Assembly (NCBI GenBank): GCA_951406725.2
Contig: OX597814.1
Coordinates: 202,864,001 to 202,928,000 of the forward strand
Source of the DNA: Octopus vulgaris
Lineage: Eukaryota
Direction of reading: 5' to 3'
Length of the DNA stretch: 64,000 nt
Positions within the stretch are counted from its first letter, which is position 1; every line of letters starts with the position of its first letter. Under the pieces are notes generated by a model. It searched no databases. It saw only the letters and a program-made list of their open reading frames with translations, and was not told the origin of the DNA. Below are positions 52,026 through 64,000 of this stretch, one piece after another. Both the position numbers and the translations under genes were made by a program.

Positions 52026-53600
52026 AAAATATGTGTGTATATATATATATATATATGATGGGCTTCTTTCAGCTTCTGCCTACCAAATCCACTTACTAGG
52101 CTTTGATCAGCTGGAAGCTATAGTAGATGACACTTCCCCAAGGTGTTATGCAGTGGGTTTGGACCTGGAACCTTATCACATAGTAATGTTATTTGATGCA
52201 TTCTTTAACAGCTTGATGCCCTTCCCCATGCTAACCTTTCCTTGTTTTTCAAGTAAGAGATCATTTATTCCCCTCTTCTTCAAAGGCATAAGCTATCCAG
52301 ATAATTTGTTGACAAGAGAAACTGATGTAAACACACACACACCCAAGCACACAGTGGGTGTTTTTCAGTTTCCGTCAACTAAATGCCATGAGAAGGCTTT
52401 GGATTGGACCAAAGTTGAAAACTATTGTCCAATGCACCACAGAGATGTATTGCTAAGGGAACCCTTCTCCCTATAATCTACTTCAATGCTCCCCACCAAT
52501 ACCCTATCATACCATATTTACAGCATTTTAAAATATGTTTTAAGGAAATTTCATGTTAATGGAAATTGTAATATTTGTGTTTTTTCTATTGAGTTTGACG
52601 ACAAACTCCAGAAACTCTTGGTGAGCATTGAAACATATGTGAATATATTCTCAATATTAAACTTAAAATAATATTTTATCTTTTATTTCCTTGGTATATT
52701 TGATGTCATATTAGCATAGAAAACATAAATCTTCCTACATATTAATTTTCAGACATATTTCTCATTCATACATGGTGCAGCGTTATATCAAAACAATGAG
52801 TGGGTGTGTAGGGGAGAGAGAGAGTTGAAATGCTTGCTGTGAATATTTCATCGTATTGTACCCATTCATCAAGAAATATATTATTATTTTACTGCAAGTG
52901 CACAACGAAATACACTTGCCTAGATAGATATAAAATATTCATCACCTTAAATATACATATATTTAGGTATAAAACATTTATTTAACCTTTTAAAATAGAG
53001 CTGACTCTATATAAAGACGAGATGATAAAATTAATGCAACTTCCAGAGCAGGAAAATAGAGATTCTACACTGTAAAACTGCTGAGATATATTCGAAAGAT
53101 AATAAAGAAGAATTAGTCATGAATAAAAGGTTATTTTTTATGTAAATGTATTTGTTATTTAATCATAAATTTCTCCCTTCAGAAATGATCTATATGCTGT
53201 TGTATAACCCCAGGTCAGTTCTGATTTGAGCAAGCAGACTTAAAAGTATCTGTGTTCATATCTGCACCAGTTTCCCCATCATGTTGCTTACTTTCCGCTT
53301 TTGAAAACTTTAAGTGTTTTTGGTGCTTGGATTAAATATGAATAGTTCTTCATTATACCTTTTTTTTTTTCATCTTCCATTCATGTTGACGGGAAAAAAG
53401 CACTCCAATAATCTGCAAGGAAATGGTAACATGATCAGAAGAAAGCAATTGAAGTAGGATCAAGTTCCTCATTGAAACATATTTTATAACTAATAGTCTT
53501 ATGTTCTTTTACTGGTTTCAGCCGTTGGACTGTGGCCGTAGTGAAGCACCATCCTTCAAGAGCTTTGTCAATTATACCAACCCCCTACCCCATATTTAGT

Positions 53601-53915
53601 GAAGACACATAGCTCAGTGGTTAGAGTGTCAGGCTTACAATGAGGTCATGAGTTTGATTCCCAGACTGGACTGTGTGTTGTGTTCTCGAGCTACACACTT
53701 TATTTCATATTACACCAGTTCACTCGTCTGTAGAAACGAATTACAATGTCGCTGGTGCCAAGCTGTATTGGCCTTTGCTTTTCCCTTGGACAATATTGGG
53801 AGGTTGGTATGCATGGGCAACTGCTGGCTTTCTACAAACAACCTTACCCAGATTTTTGCCTTGGGTGGGAACTTTCTAGGTGCAGTCCCATGGTCATTCA
53901 TGATCAAAGGGGACT
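53601..53915 (+). mobile_element. tRNA-derived SINE family R1
   Basis: tagctcagtggttagagtg...gagtttgattccc head. Collinear with the reverse complement of 10962-11301. Confidence 0.88.
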
Positions 53916-54777
53916 TGTTTTACCCCATATTTAGTTTGCTACTTATTGTATCAATATCTGTTTATCAAATGGCTAAGTCCAGTGAATATCATATTGGAGA
54001 GTCGCACCAAATTTGAACTCCTATACACACACACACATACAGACACATCTATTTATCTATCCAGTAGTTTATTAATTACATTTACTTTCAAGTTTTGGCT
54101 GTATAGATTTCATCAGACTGTAAATCATTTTTTCTTTTCCAAATCTGAAGTATATAATTATTTGGAGTTTACCTTGTAGGTGGAGCAGTGCAGCTGCGAA
54201 CATGTTGTGAGGTGTCACAGTGTATTTTTGTGGTATATACAGAAATATTCTTAAAGATGGGTTGATTGAGTGGGTGGAAAAGAAGAGTTTGTATGGAGAA
54301 AAATACAGTAAAATAAGGATGGAGAGAGAATGGTAAAGAGGAAGAATCCAAATGTTTATAGAGGGTTATTTTGCTTCCCAACCACATGGTTCTAGGTTCA
54401 GTCACACTGCATGGCTCCTTGGACAAGTATCTTCTACTATATAGCCTTGGGCCAACTAAAATCCTGTGAGTGGATGGAAACTGAAAGAAGCCCATTATAT
54501 ATTGTTTATTTGTGTATGTGTGTGTGCACATGTGCGTGTCATTATTTCTGTGTTTGTCCCTCACCCCACGCCTGCTTGACAACTGGTGTTGGTGTGTTTA
54601 CATCCCTATACTTAGCAGCTCAGCAAAAGAAACCAACAGTATAAGTACCAGACTTTAAAAAGGCAATTACTGGTGTCAATTCATTAGACTAAGATTCTTC
54701 ATGATAGTGTCCCAGCATGGCCACAGTCTAATGACTGAAGCAAGCAAACGATATAAGATATATATATATATATATAT

Positions 54778-54920
54778 AGTGAAAATTTACAAAAAAACAA
54801 AAGACAAAGACGAATGTATAAACGGCTAACAGATGTATTAGTTTAACGCTCGGGAAGTGAGAAAATCTTTTACATTTTGAGCCTACGCTCTTTGACAGAA
54901 AGGAACACAGAAATAAACAG
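54778..54920 (-). mobile_element. Penelope-like pseudo-LTR remnant
   Basis: Reverse-complement match to 23060-23220 and 35745-35886. Abuts (TA)n. Confidence 0.6.
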
Positions 54921-57900
54921 ATCTCATTATGCAAACAAATAGTTGCATGATCAATTACCTGTATTCTTGGAGAACTATGTTGTGTTGAAACAATTGTAGT
55001 GAATAATAATCAAATGCCCAACTGTACTCCCTCTTCCTGACTCCAATTTCTTCAGTTATATATATATATATATGTATATATACACACACAGTGCCCCCTG
55101 ACTGGCTCCCATGCCGGTGGCACATAAAAAGTACCATCTGGATGTGGTTGATGCCAGTGCCACTTGATTGGCTCCCATGCTGGTGGCACATAAAAAGCAC
55201 CCACTACACTCTCAGAGTGGTTGGCTTTAGGAAGGGCATCCATCAGTAGAAACCTTGCCAGATCAAATTGGAGCCTGGTGCAGCTTCCTGACTTGCCACT
55301 TCTCAGTCAAACCATCCAACCCATGCCAGCATGGAAAGCGGATGTTAAACGATGATGATGATCATCTCACACACACACATATACATGCATGTTCACTTTT
55401 TCGATAGTATTTCCTTAGGTAACATTTAGCCACTTCTAACTCTCTTCAAACTGTTATGTAACCTTTCTATCATTACTAGAGCACTGATTAAATTGCTTCA
55501 AGTGAAGAGTCAATATGTTATTGAATTATTGCCTCAAAAGTTTTGAATTGAAATCCATTGCAGATCATTTCTTGTGCATCGAGGGCAATGTACTTGGTTC
55601 TGCATTACTTCAGTTTAGTGTTACTGTGGAGAAAAAGAAATTAAAATATAGCAGAATCCTATCCCGAGGAGCATTTATCTCTTATCAATTTAAACACCAT
55701 CAGACTAAAGTGATTTACATTTTACTGCTTTTGCTGGATGAAATAATAAAAGTCTATTTGAAACTAATTCGTTAGAATAATCTGTTGCCTTTTGAAATTA
55801 CATATGTTCATTTACTACATTCAAAGTGTTGTTCGTCCAACTTTCACTCAGCTGGCATATTACTACTCTGGTGTCTTATATTCAGACGGTTCCTATCTAC
55901 ATACATTACTTTTATCACAAAATTTAATTAAAGTAAATGACTTAGCACTCAATAGTTTTTATTAGTTTCACACACAATCACCTCGAGTTTCTTCTTTCAA
56001 GTTTCGGCGTCGTTCCGCAGTTGTTAGATTGATTTTGCGATAGGCATCGATATTGCACAGAGTGCATTACCCGTCATTTACCCCCGCAATGCAAAATGAA
56101 CCAAATTAAACTAAATTAAATTTATTCTTATCAAATGTAGGAGAAATTAGTTGGGTTTTTTTTTTCTTTCCATTGTCTGTTATAATAGCTAGGGTGATTT
56201 ATTGGAGGCCTTTTCAAACCTACCCATGTTAAAATGAATTTTACTGATTCCATTGAATGACTCTATTAGCAAAATTAATCTAATTAATAGTCAGGAATCT
56301 CAGTAAGTTGTTCATTCCTCTAGAAAGGAAATTTTAATGATGTTGAATGATATCAATTAGAATTCACCTCACTAACTAATAGCACATGGTAACTAATTAC
56401 TGAAGTATCACTGATTTTACCAGCATTTTTCAATATGTCTGTTTTATCTCTTTCTCCTTCAGGGTTGAACCTTACCTGCTTTTTACTTTCTCAAAACATG
56501 AAAATCCATCATCATCGTCATCATTGTCATCGTGTAATGTCTGTTTTCCATACTGGCATGGGTTGGACAGCTTGACTGGAGCTGGCAAGCCAGAGAGCTG
56601 TACCAGCCTTTATTTCTCTGTTTTGGATTGGTTTCTATAGCTGGATGCCTTTCCTAATGCCAACCACTGGGTGCTTTTTATGTGTGCATCAGTGCTTTTT
56701 ACATGGTACCAGCATGGGTATTTTTTACATGGCACCAGTACGAGTTTTTTGCTTATGTGGTACCAGAATGGGTATTTTTGTATATCAGAGTGGAATATAA
56801 CCTGAAAATTATTATCATTTATCCTCTCTTTAAGGCAGTGAGCTGGCAGAAATGTTAGCACGACGGGCGAAGTGCTTAGCAGTATTTCGTCTGCCACTAC
56901 GTTCTGAGTTCAAATTCTGCCACAGTTGACTTTGCCTTTCATCCTTTCGGGGTGAATTTTGGGCCTTGTGCCTAGAGTAGAAATGATTATTCATCCTTTC
57001 TTCCTCTCCCCCCCCACTGCCCACCGACTGCCGCTGCAAGTTAATATTATTTTTCATCCTTATATTTAATTTTTAATTTCCTGTTGACCTGCCACAAATA
57101 GCAGCCAAGTTCTCCTCGAGCCACATCCCACCATGTAAAATAACTAGGGACCCATTGGCTAAACATAAATAGGTCTGCTATAACATAGCTGACCAGGGCT
57201 AAACAAAATATTGCCATTTGGATGTAAGAGTGGAACATCATTTTTACATCCATTTTTCAATGCTTGCATAGGTTACACAGATGTCGTATTGAGGCATTGT
57301 TTTATAGACAGATGCCTTTCCTGTCACTAGCCCTTACTGATTTTCTTACAAGGGATCTCTTAATTTATGTCTTCAAAGGCATGCAGTGAGCAGGCAATTT
57401 GCTGACATGAGAAGTCTCAGCAAAACCAGTCGCTGCAAGCAACTTTTGCAGACTGCAAATATAAACTCATGCACACACATATGTGTAGGTATTTGTATAC
57501 AGTAGGATTCTTTTACTTTCCATCTACCAAATTCATTCACAACGCTTTTGTTGGCAAAGAGTTGTAGTAGAAGACGTTTGTGCAAGATGCTGCACATCGG
57601 GATTGAACTCCAAGCTATGTGGTTGGGAAGTAGACTTCTTAACCACACAGCCACAGTTGAACAGAGTAATGTGTTATCATGGCTTGCTCATGACCATGAT
57701 GCAATGGTTGAAAAAGGAATTTGATTGATTAAGTGATAGCCACCTAACTGGCCCCTGTGCCGGTGGCATGTAAAAAGCACCCACTTCACTCTCAGAGTGG
57801 TTGGCGTTAGGAAGGGCATCCAGCTGTAGAAACCTTGCCAGAACAGATTGGAGCCTGGTGCAGCCTCCCAGCTTGCCAGTCTTCAGTCAAACCATCCAAT

Positions 57901-58504
57901 CCATGCCAACATGGAAAGTGGACGTTAAAAGATGATGATAATGATGATGATGATGCAATCAATAACTGAGCACTTTTATCTAACAACTATCTTAGGAAAT
58001 TGTTATTTGCAAAGGGTTTCTTGACGATGAAAGTGAAACTAATTAAAAAAGTTTCAGTCATTTTAGTTAATTTTCCTTTTGTTCATTATCAATTTAGATG
58101 GACAAATTCTGGCATAAAAGCAGATCCTTTTACAATCTGCTTTGAAAAGAAATAAACCTGATTTTGATTTACAAAATCATCAAAAAACTAAATGAAAGGT
58201 GGAAGAAGCCAGAGGAAATGGTAAAATTTAATCTGTTGAAATTAAAATAAAATTTTATTTTAAAACTTTTCTAAATGAAATGTTTAAATAGGAGGGAAAA
58301 GGCAAAACACAGCTGAACAGGTTGAAAAAAAACAAGGTTTTGTTGGACAATTAACTATCAAAGGAATTTTAATTGTATGCTCTTTATTTCCAACTTGTAG
58401 CATGAATTGATAAGAATACATAAAACTGAGTTGGTGGAAACTGGTTTTTAATGAAAATTTCATAATTACTTTGTAAAGTTAAATGAATAATTAATTTGCC
58501 TTTG

Positions 58505-58885
58505 TCTGTCTTTTACTTGCTTCAGTCATTAGACTGTGGCCATGCTGGGACACCAGCTTGAAGAATTTTTAGTTGCATGTATCAACACCTGTACTTATTT
58601 ATTTGTTAAGCCTGGTGCTTATTCTATCAGTCTATTTTACCAATCTGCTAAGTTATGGAGATGTAAACAAACCAACACCAGTTGTCAGTGGTGTTGGGCG
58701 ACAAACACAGACACACACACACATATACACTGGGTTTCTTTCAGTTTCCATCTACTAAATCCAACCACAAGGCTTCAGTCAGCCTGAGGCTATAGAAGAC
58801 CCTTGCCCAAGGTGTCACACAGTGGGACTGAACCTGGAACTGTGTAGTTAGGAGGTAGACTTGTTACCACACAACCACACCCGCA
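58505..58885 (-). mobile_element. SINE family A, older full copy
   Basis: Head and tail both recognisable on the minus strand. Confidence 0.85.
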
Positions 58886-59249
58886 CCAACATTTTAATTT
58901 TAATTTAAATATTAATAAGTATACATGGTTTAAAAAAAAACAAACAGAAAAATATAATTACTTTATACATAATTGTATTTATGAATAACTTATGTTGAAA
59001 TAACCAACGAATAACAAGTACTTTCTATTGGATCGCTATGTCTTCTCATGAGAAATGTGGAGAAAAACTCGTTTAGCAATTTAATTCAAGTGGGTTTACA
59101 AATTAAAACTCTAAGATACAAATCTTGATTATTGAGTAGGAAAAGAATTGGCACTTATAAATGAAGAATATTTCCTTGTCTCGCACATAACTATATTTCA
59201 ATGTCTAGTCTTTTCTAGTGCTTAATCTGTCTGAGAACTATATGTATAT

Positions 59250-60130
59250 TACTATCAGAGTTTTATTTCTATTCTCAACATCACCATTACTAAGTGCAAC
59301 ATTTCTTTGCAATTGCACAAATACTTTCTTCCAATAATTCCTGTATTTTATCTGCCTTCTCTTTCAACTCAGAACGAGATCTAAAATTTCCAGTAGATTA
59401 TTTCTTAAAGTGACCATCATGCTATTTTTCATCTTATAATTATCTTGCTTCCATCAAACCAAACTCCACAACAATACAACTATGAAGAATTTTCTCTTAC
59501 AAGTCCTTTCATGACTTTCATAATATATACCATTTCATGCTTCTTCTCTTTTTGATATTCATGGCTTTTTTTCTTTTTAATATTTTTTTTATTGTAGAGT
59601 AATAGTTTTCCTTAGTACCATTTATCATTAAAAATGGCTTTTGTAGTGCTCAGCTGTCTCTGAGACTCTGATTTCTTCCCCTGGCCATTTATTTCTTTCT
59701 TACTATTTTTCCTTCAATCTCTATTTACCTGTCTTTCCAAATGCTAAATACTGCAAGGATAATAATCTTTAAGATTACTTTTCCTGCATTCAAAATTTCC
59801 AGTCTGAACTTGAGCAATCAAACAATTAACCCTTGGCTCATTAGTATGCATTGTTCACAAATACATATTCAAACAGTTGTTTGGCTTTATAAATTTTGTG
59901 TCATCACTAGTAAATACATTTGTATCTCAGAAATTCAAAAGATTCAAACTGATTTCTTCTTTCTATTTGATTTGATTTTTTCCTGATATTTCCCTATAAT
60001 ATTATCAAATCTCCTGGCAGGCTTCTGATATTGTCATTTGTTATCTAAGCTCCTCTCACTAGGGTTCCATAAAGCTGGCCCCTCTAATCATCTGCTAATA
60101 ATGTTTACAGGATGTGGGTCACATTTCTTG
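59250..60130 (-). mobile_element. Highly degraded CR1-group LINE ORF2 remnant
   Basis: Minus strand gives VFTSDDTKF (compare FADDTKL) near 59900 and VR...LYCCGVW (compare VRPHLEYCxxVW) near 59470, in the expected order. Confidence 0.55.
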
Positions 60131-60153
60131 TTTTGTTGACATTTAATCCTTAA

Positions 60154-60374
60154 CCCTTTAGTGTTCGCATTATTCTGCCAAAATGAATGCTTTTTTATCT
60201 ACATTGTTTTGAACTAATCATGCATTATCTTGTAGCTATGAGATTTTGATGAGGTAGCTGTTAATTTTTAAAATGATATTGAAGTGTTGGTGTGAGAGAC
60301 CAGATCTGGCCAGTTTGAACATAAAACAGGCAGAATACTTTTGGCTGGATATGGCCGGTTTAAATGCTAAAGGG
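60154..60374. mobile_element. piggyBac-like MITE (221 bp)
   Basis: TTAA at 60150-60153 and 60375-60378. TIR ccctttag / ctaaaggg. Collinear with 24964-25191. Confidence 0.88.
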
Positions 60375-61399
60375 TTAATCCTTTTAATACCAACCTATCT
60401 AAGACCACCCTTTGTTCTGGGATACACATTTCCTGTTTAAAAATTATCTAAATTAAAACCTTCCATCAAAAACACCCAATTTAATTATAACAAACTTATT
60501 TTACTAGGCTGTTCATAATTCTTAAAATTAACTGAAACAAAAGCAGTGCATCTCTACAGAAACGTGGTAAGGAAAGGTTAGGCCAGCCACCTCCCACTGG
60601 GATTATGGTTCATGATCAAGTCTTTAAATAATGTTATGACCATCCCTGTAGGAAGTTTAGCTGCTATTTCAGAAAGTTGAGGAAAATTTATAGAAGTTCA
60701 ACATGATGACACTATATCACACACTGCAAGACTAGCATCAACAACAAAATCAATTGAAAAAAAATGCTTAAACTCAAAATGTCTTGTATATATCTGCCAT
60801 TTAAGACATTGTCAATTTTAAAATTCTTTTGATCTATAGTCTTTAGTTTCTGTCCTCACTAAACACCTCTCTCTCTCTCACAATATACAGCAGTGTAACA
60901 CTAGTGTATTTGTTTCTAGAATACTCAAAGTCTACCAACAACCAGACTGTCATACTAACTTCCAATATTTTAATATTTCAAAAATGTTTGTCTCAAATAA
61001 CTATGTTTCAAGACCCTAATTTCCATAGTTTTGTGTGTGTTTGTGTTTGTGTGTGTGTGTGTGTGTGTGTTAGTGTTTCTGTGTGTTCACATCGCAGGAA
61101 GGTTGTAAAACAAGCTTCAGTATCATAAAATGGGTGTCCTTCATTTCCAATTTTCCATGAAAGCATATTCTGGCCATGGAAATATTATTTTGCTTGGAAA
61201 CGGGTAGAGATTAGTGACAAGAAGGGCATCCAGATTTAGAAAAACTGCCTCAACAAAATCCTTCTGCTCCATACAAATAGAGAAAAGTAAATGTTAAAAT
61301 GATGATGGTGATGATGACACACATCAATTCAATTCTTGGGTAGAATTAGTATGACACAACCGTTGGAATGCTGGACATTGGAATTACATCCACAGCCAG

Positions 61400-61802
61400 A
61401 GTGGCTGTGTGGTAAGTAGCTTGCTTACCAACCACATGGTTCCAGGTTCAGTCCCACTGCATGGCACCTTGGGCAAGTGTCTTCTACTATAGCCTCGGGC
61501 TGACCAAAGCCTTGTGAGTGGATTTAGTAGACGGAAACTGAAAGAAGCCTGTCGTATATATGTATATATATATATATATGTGCATGTGTGTGTGTGTCTG
61601 TGTTTGTCCCCCTACCTTTTTCTTGACAATCGATGCTGGTGTGTTTATGTCCCCGTCACTTAGCGGTTCGGCAAAAGAGACTGATAGAATAAGTACTAGG
61701 CTTACAAAGAATAAGCCCCGGGGTCGAGTTGCTTGATTAAAGGTGGTGCTCCAGCATGGCTGCAGTCAAATGACTGAAACAAGTAAAAAAGTAAAAGAGT
61801 AA
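61400..61802 (+). mobile_element. SINE family A, full length
   Basis: A box tggctgtgtgg, B box ggttcagtccc, internal microsatellite, tail (gtaaaa)n. Confidence 0.92.
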
Positions 61803-63091
61803 GAGAGCCCTTCCGATGGGCTTTCTGTACAGTTTTTATCAGCCCAGCATCACTCACAAGCCTTAGATCAATTCTGTGGTAGAGACTCTTGCCCAAGATG
61901 CCAAGCAATGGAATCAGACTTTCATTTCTCATAGTTGCAATGCAAACTTGGCCTTTTTTACTTCTATTTTTTTTTCACCAGTGATGATGAAAATAGCCAA
62001 ATATTTTGTTTATATTTTCCCCCAAAACCACAATAACCTGCATCTAACCCAATAAACCAATTATAAACCTCTTCAAATAACATCAGCTGTATACAACTAT
62101 ATCTTCAAGCACTAGTAGTGTATAGAACTTTGTATACATACATCTCCAAACTCATAGAGTAATTTATTTTGAAACAGAGTGGATTTTGTTTTATCAGGAA
62201 AGAGGTTTTGGGGCCATGACATTTAGAGATCTTATTAATGATGGCAGTGTTTATTTTTAGTAAGCCTTGGACTTAGATAAGACGACATCACAGCAGCATT
62301 CATAAGAACATGTAAAACTAAATTAACACAATTAATGAAATGTCAAGTTGCTTTGGATGCAATATTTGAATATCATCTCAGAGCTGCTCCTTTAAGGGCC
62401 TCCATAATAGAATTCACATGATAATGTTTCTATAACAAGATTTGGCAGTTGGTATATGAGAAACATTATCTAACACACCGTAGAGCATATGAATTAATTC
62501 ATTCTGTATATAAATAGTCTTGCTTGAAAACAGATTTGGCATTATAACATCAAAGTTGATTAAGACCGAATTGCATTAAAACCATGATCTTATGGTATTT
62601 AGACTCCAGGGTTTTTTTTTTTCTGGAATTCTTATAGAACAAAGCTCTATATAATGTATTCTTGTAGAGAATTAACATTGTTAATATTCCATTGAGACTA
62701 ACTTATCTGAAGAGAAAGGGACGCAGTGAGATGATTTGAAAGGTCAGAGAATACTCAGGTATCCCATTCTTATTTCTTAACTTCTTACATGAGAAATTTA
62801 CTAATTGAAATCATCATCAACATCGTCATCACCATCTTCATTTAGTGTCCACTTTTCTATGCTTGCATGGGCCACACAGAATTTATTGTGGGAGGTTTTC
62901 TACAATTGGGTGCTCTTCCTTTCAATATCCTCAGCTGTTCCCAAACATGTTGGCTAGACACTTTTTTTTTTTCATGGAAGATTGGAAACGAACAACCTTG
63001 TATGGTAATGATACACCTTTACAATAACCACATAGCATCAAGACAAGAGTAATATACACACACTCACATACCAAGGCACTATATATATATA

Positions 63092-63320
63092 TTTCTTTAT
63101 TGCCCACAAGGAGCTAAACATAGAGGGGACAAACAAGGACAGACAAAGGGATTAAGTCGATTACATCGACCCCAGTGCAAAACTGGTACTTCATTTATTG
63201 ACCCCAAAAGAATGAAAGGCAAAGTCGACCTCGGCAGAATTTGAACTCAGAACGTAACGACAGAGGAAATACCGCTAAGTATTTCGCCCGGTGCGCTAAT
63301 GTGTCTGCTAGCTCGCCACC
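63092..63320 (-). mobile_element. SINE family B with an imperfect 15-bp TSD, nested in an older SINE
   Basis: ccaaggcactatata (63071-63085) versus cctaggtactatata (63320-63334), 2 mismatches. Confidence 0.88.
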
Positions 63321-64000
63321 CTAGGTACTATATAGGTTACATATGCAGTAAGACTGAACCTGAGGCCATATGGTTAGGAAGCAAGCATCATAACCACACA
63401 GTCAAGCCTGCACTATTGGAAAGCTTTTACTTAATAAAAATCACTATCTCCACCTGAATATGTGCAAATATTCAGATAGTTAATCATCTGGAAAAATATC
63501 TGTAATAAACTTCAAGTGGTTCTCCTTTTGCAGTACAGTTACTTTACAAGTGACCAGAGGAGCACAAACATCCTTCATCTGGTATATATATATGTTCCTC
63601 TCCATTGTTTCCTGTAGTATTTTGAAATATAATCAATTTGTTTATTAGTTTCTCTTTCACTTGCATAGGCAGAACGCAGCTCCACTAATGTTGGTATCAC
63701 AGTGAAAGGTACCCAATACAATAGATATAGGGGGTAGTGGATCAAGTGGAAACAATGCAAACCGACATCAAGGCAACACCAACATCCTCTCAACGATTAG
63801 CCAGAGATGATTTTTAAAATGAGAATATCCGAAATAAACTCAACTGCTCTTACAAATGAGAATACTAAAAATGAACCTGACCACTTTCAAAAGTTAAGTA
63901 AAAAAACAGGAAAAATAATCCAGAATTCTTGTCTGGTATTTGATCAATCCCAATGGTAGTCATGGAATGTGAAAGTGGCTGTAGAAAATTTAGCAACGAT

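Noticed and set aside
55470-55650. Strong minus-strand acceptor at 55624
   Set aside because: Immediate stops in all frames and no convincing donor, so it cannot be supported as an exon.
1-64000. A novel multi-gene system such as an operon, defence locus or intact autonomous element
   Set aside because: No long non-repeat ORF and no intact transposase, RT or RepHel is present. The evidence supports intronic DNA with layered repeats.

Overview
AT-rich, repeat-dense, mostly non-coding eukaryotic DNA. The SINE families, microsatellite load and Penelope-like remnants suggest an octopod cephalopod (Octopus-like); this is inferred from recalled repeat families, not from a search. Nearly all ORFs in the supplied track are artefacts of microsatellites or repeats. 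The best gene evidence is two phase-compatible minus-strand exons (16356-16209 and 1646-1574). Spliced, they give a C-terminus with N-glycosylation sequons and a hydrophobic, GPI-signal-like tail, so much of the window is probably intron of a large cell-surface protein gene. The rest is a layered set of mobile elements: several tRNA-headed SINE families (my labels A, B, D, R1, R2), 3' ends of an RTE-like LINE with (GAT)n tails (C), CR1-like LINE fragments, two non-autonomous Helitrons, hAT and piggyBac-like MITEs, and fold-back Penelope-like remnants with degenerate hammerhead-like motifs that mostly sit in (TA)n tracts. I found no convincing novel multi-gene system. The best leads are the GPI-like gene end, a duplicated exon-like 75-bp segment, the hammerhead-like fold-backs, and a fossil ORF interrupted by a Helitron. 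Repeat boundaries are read by eye and are approximate unless a TSD or terminus is quoted.
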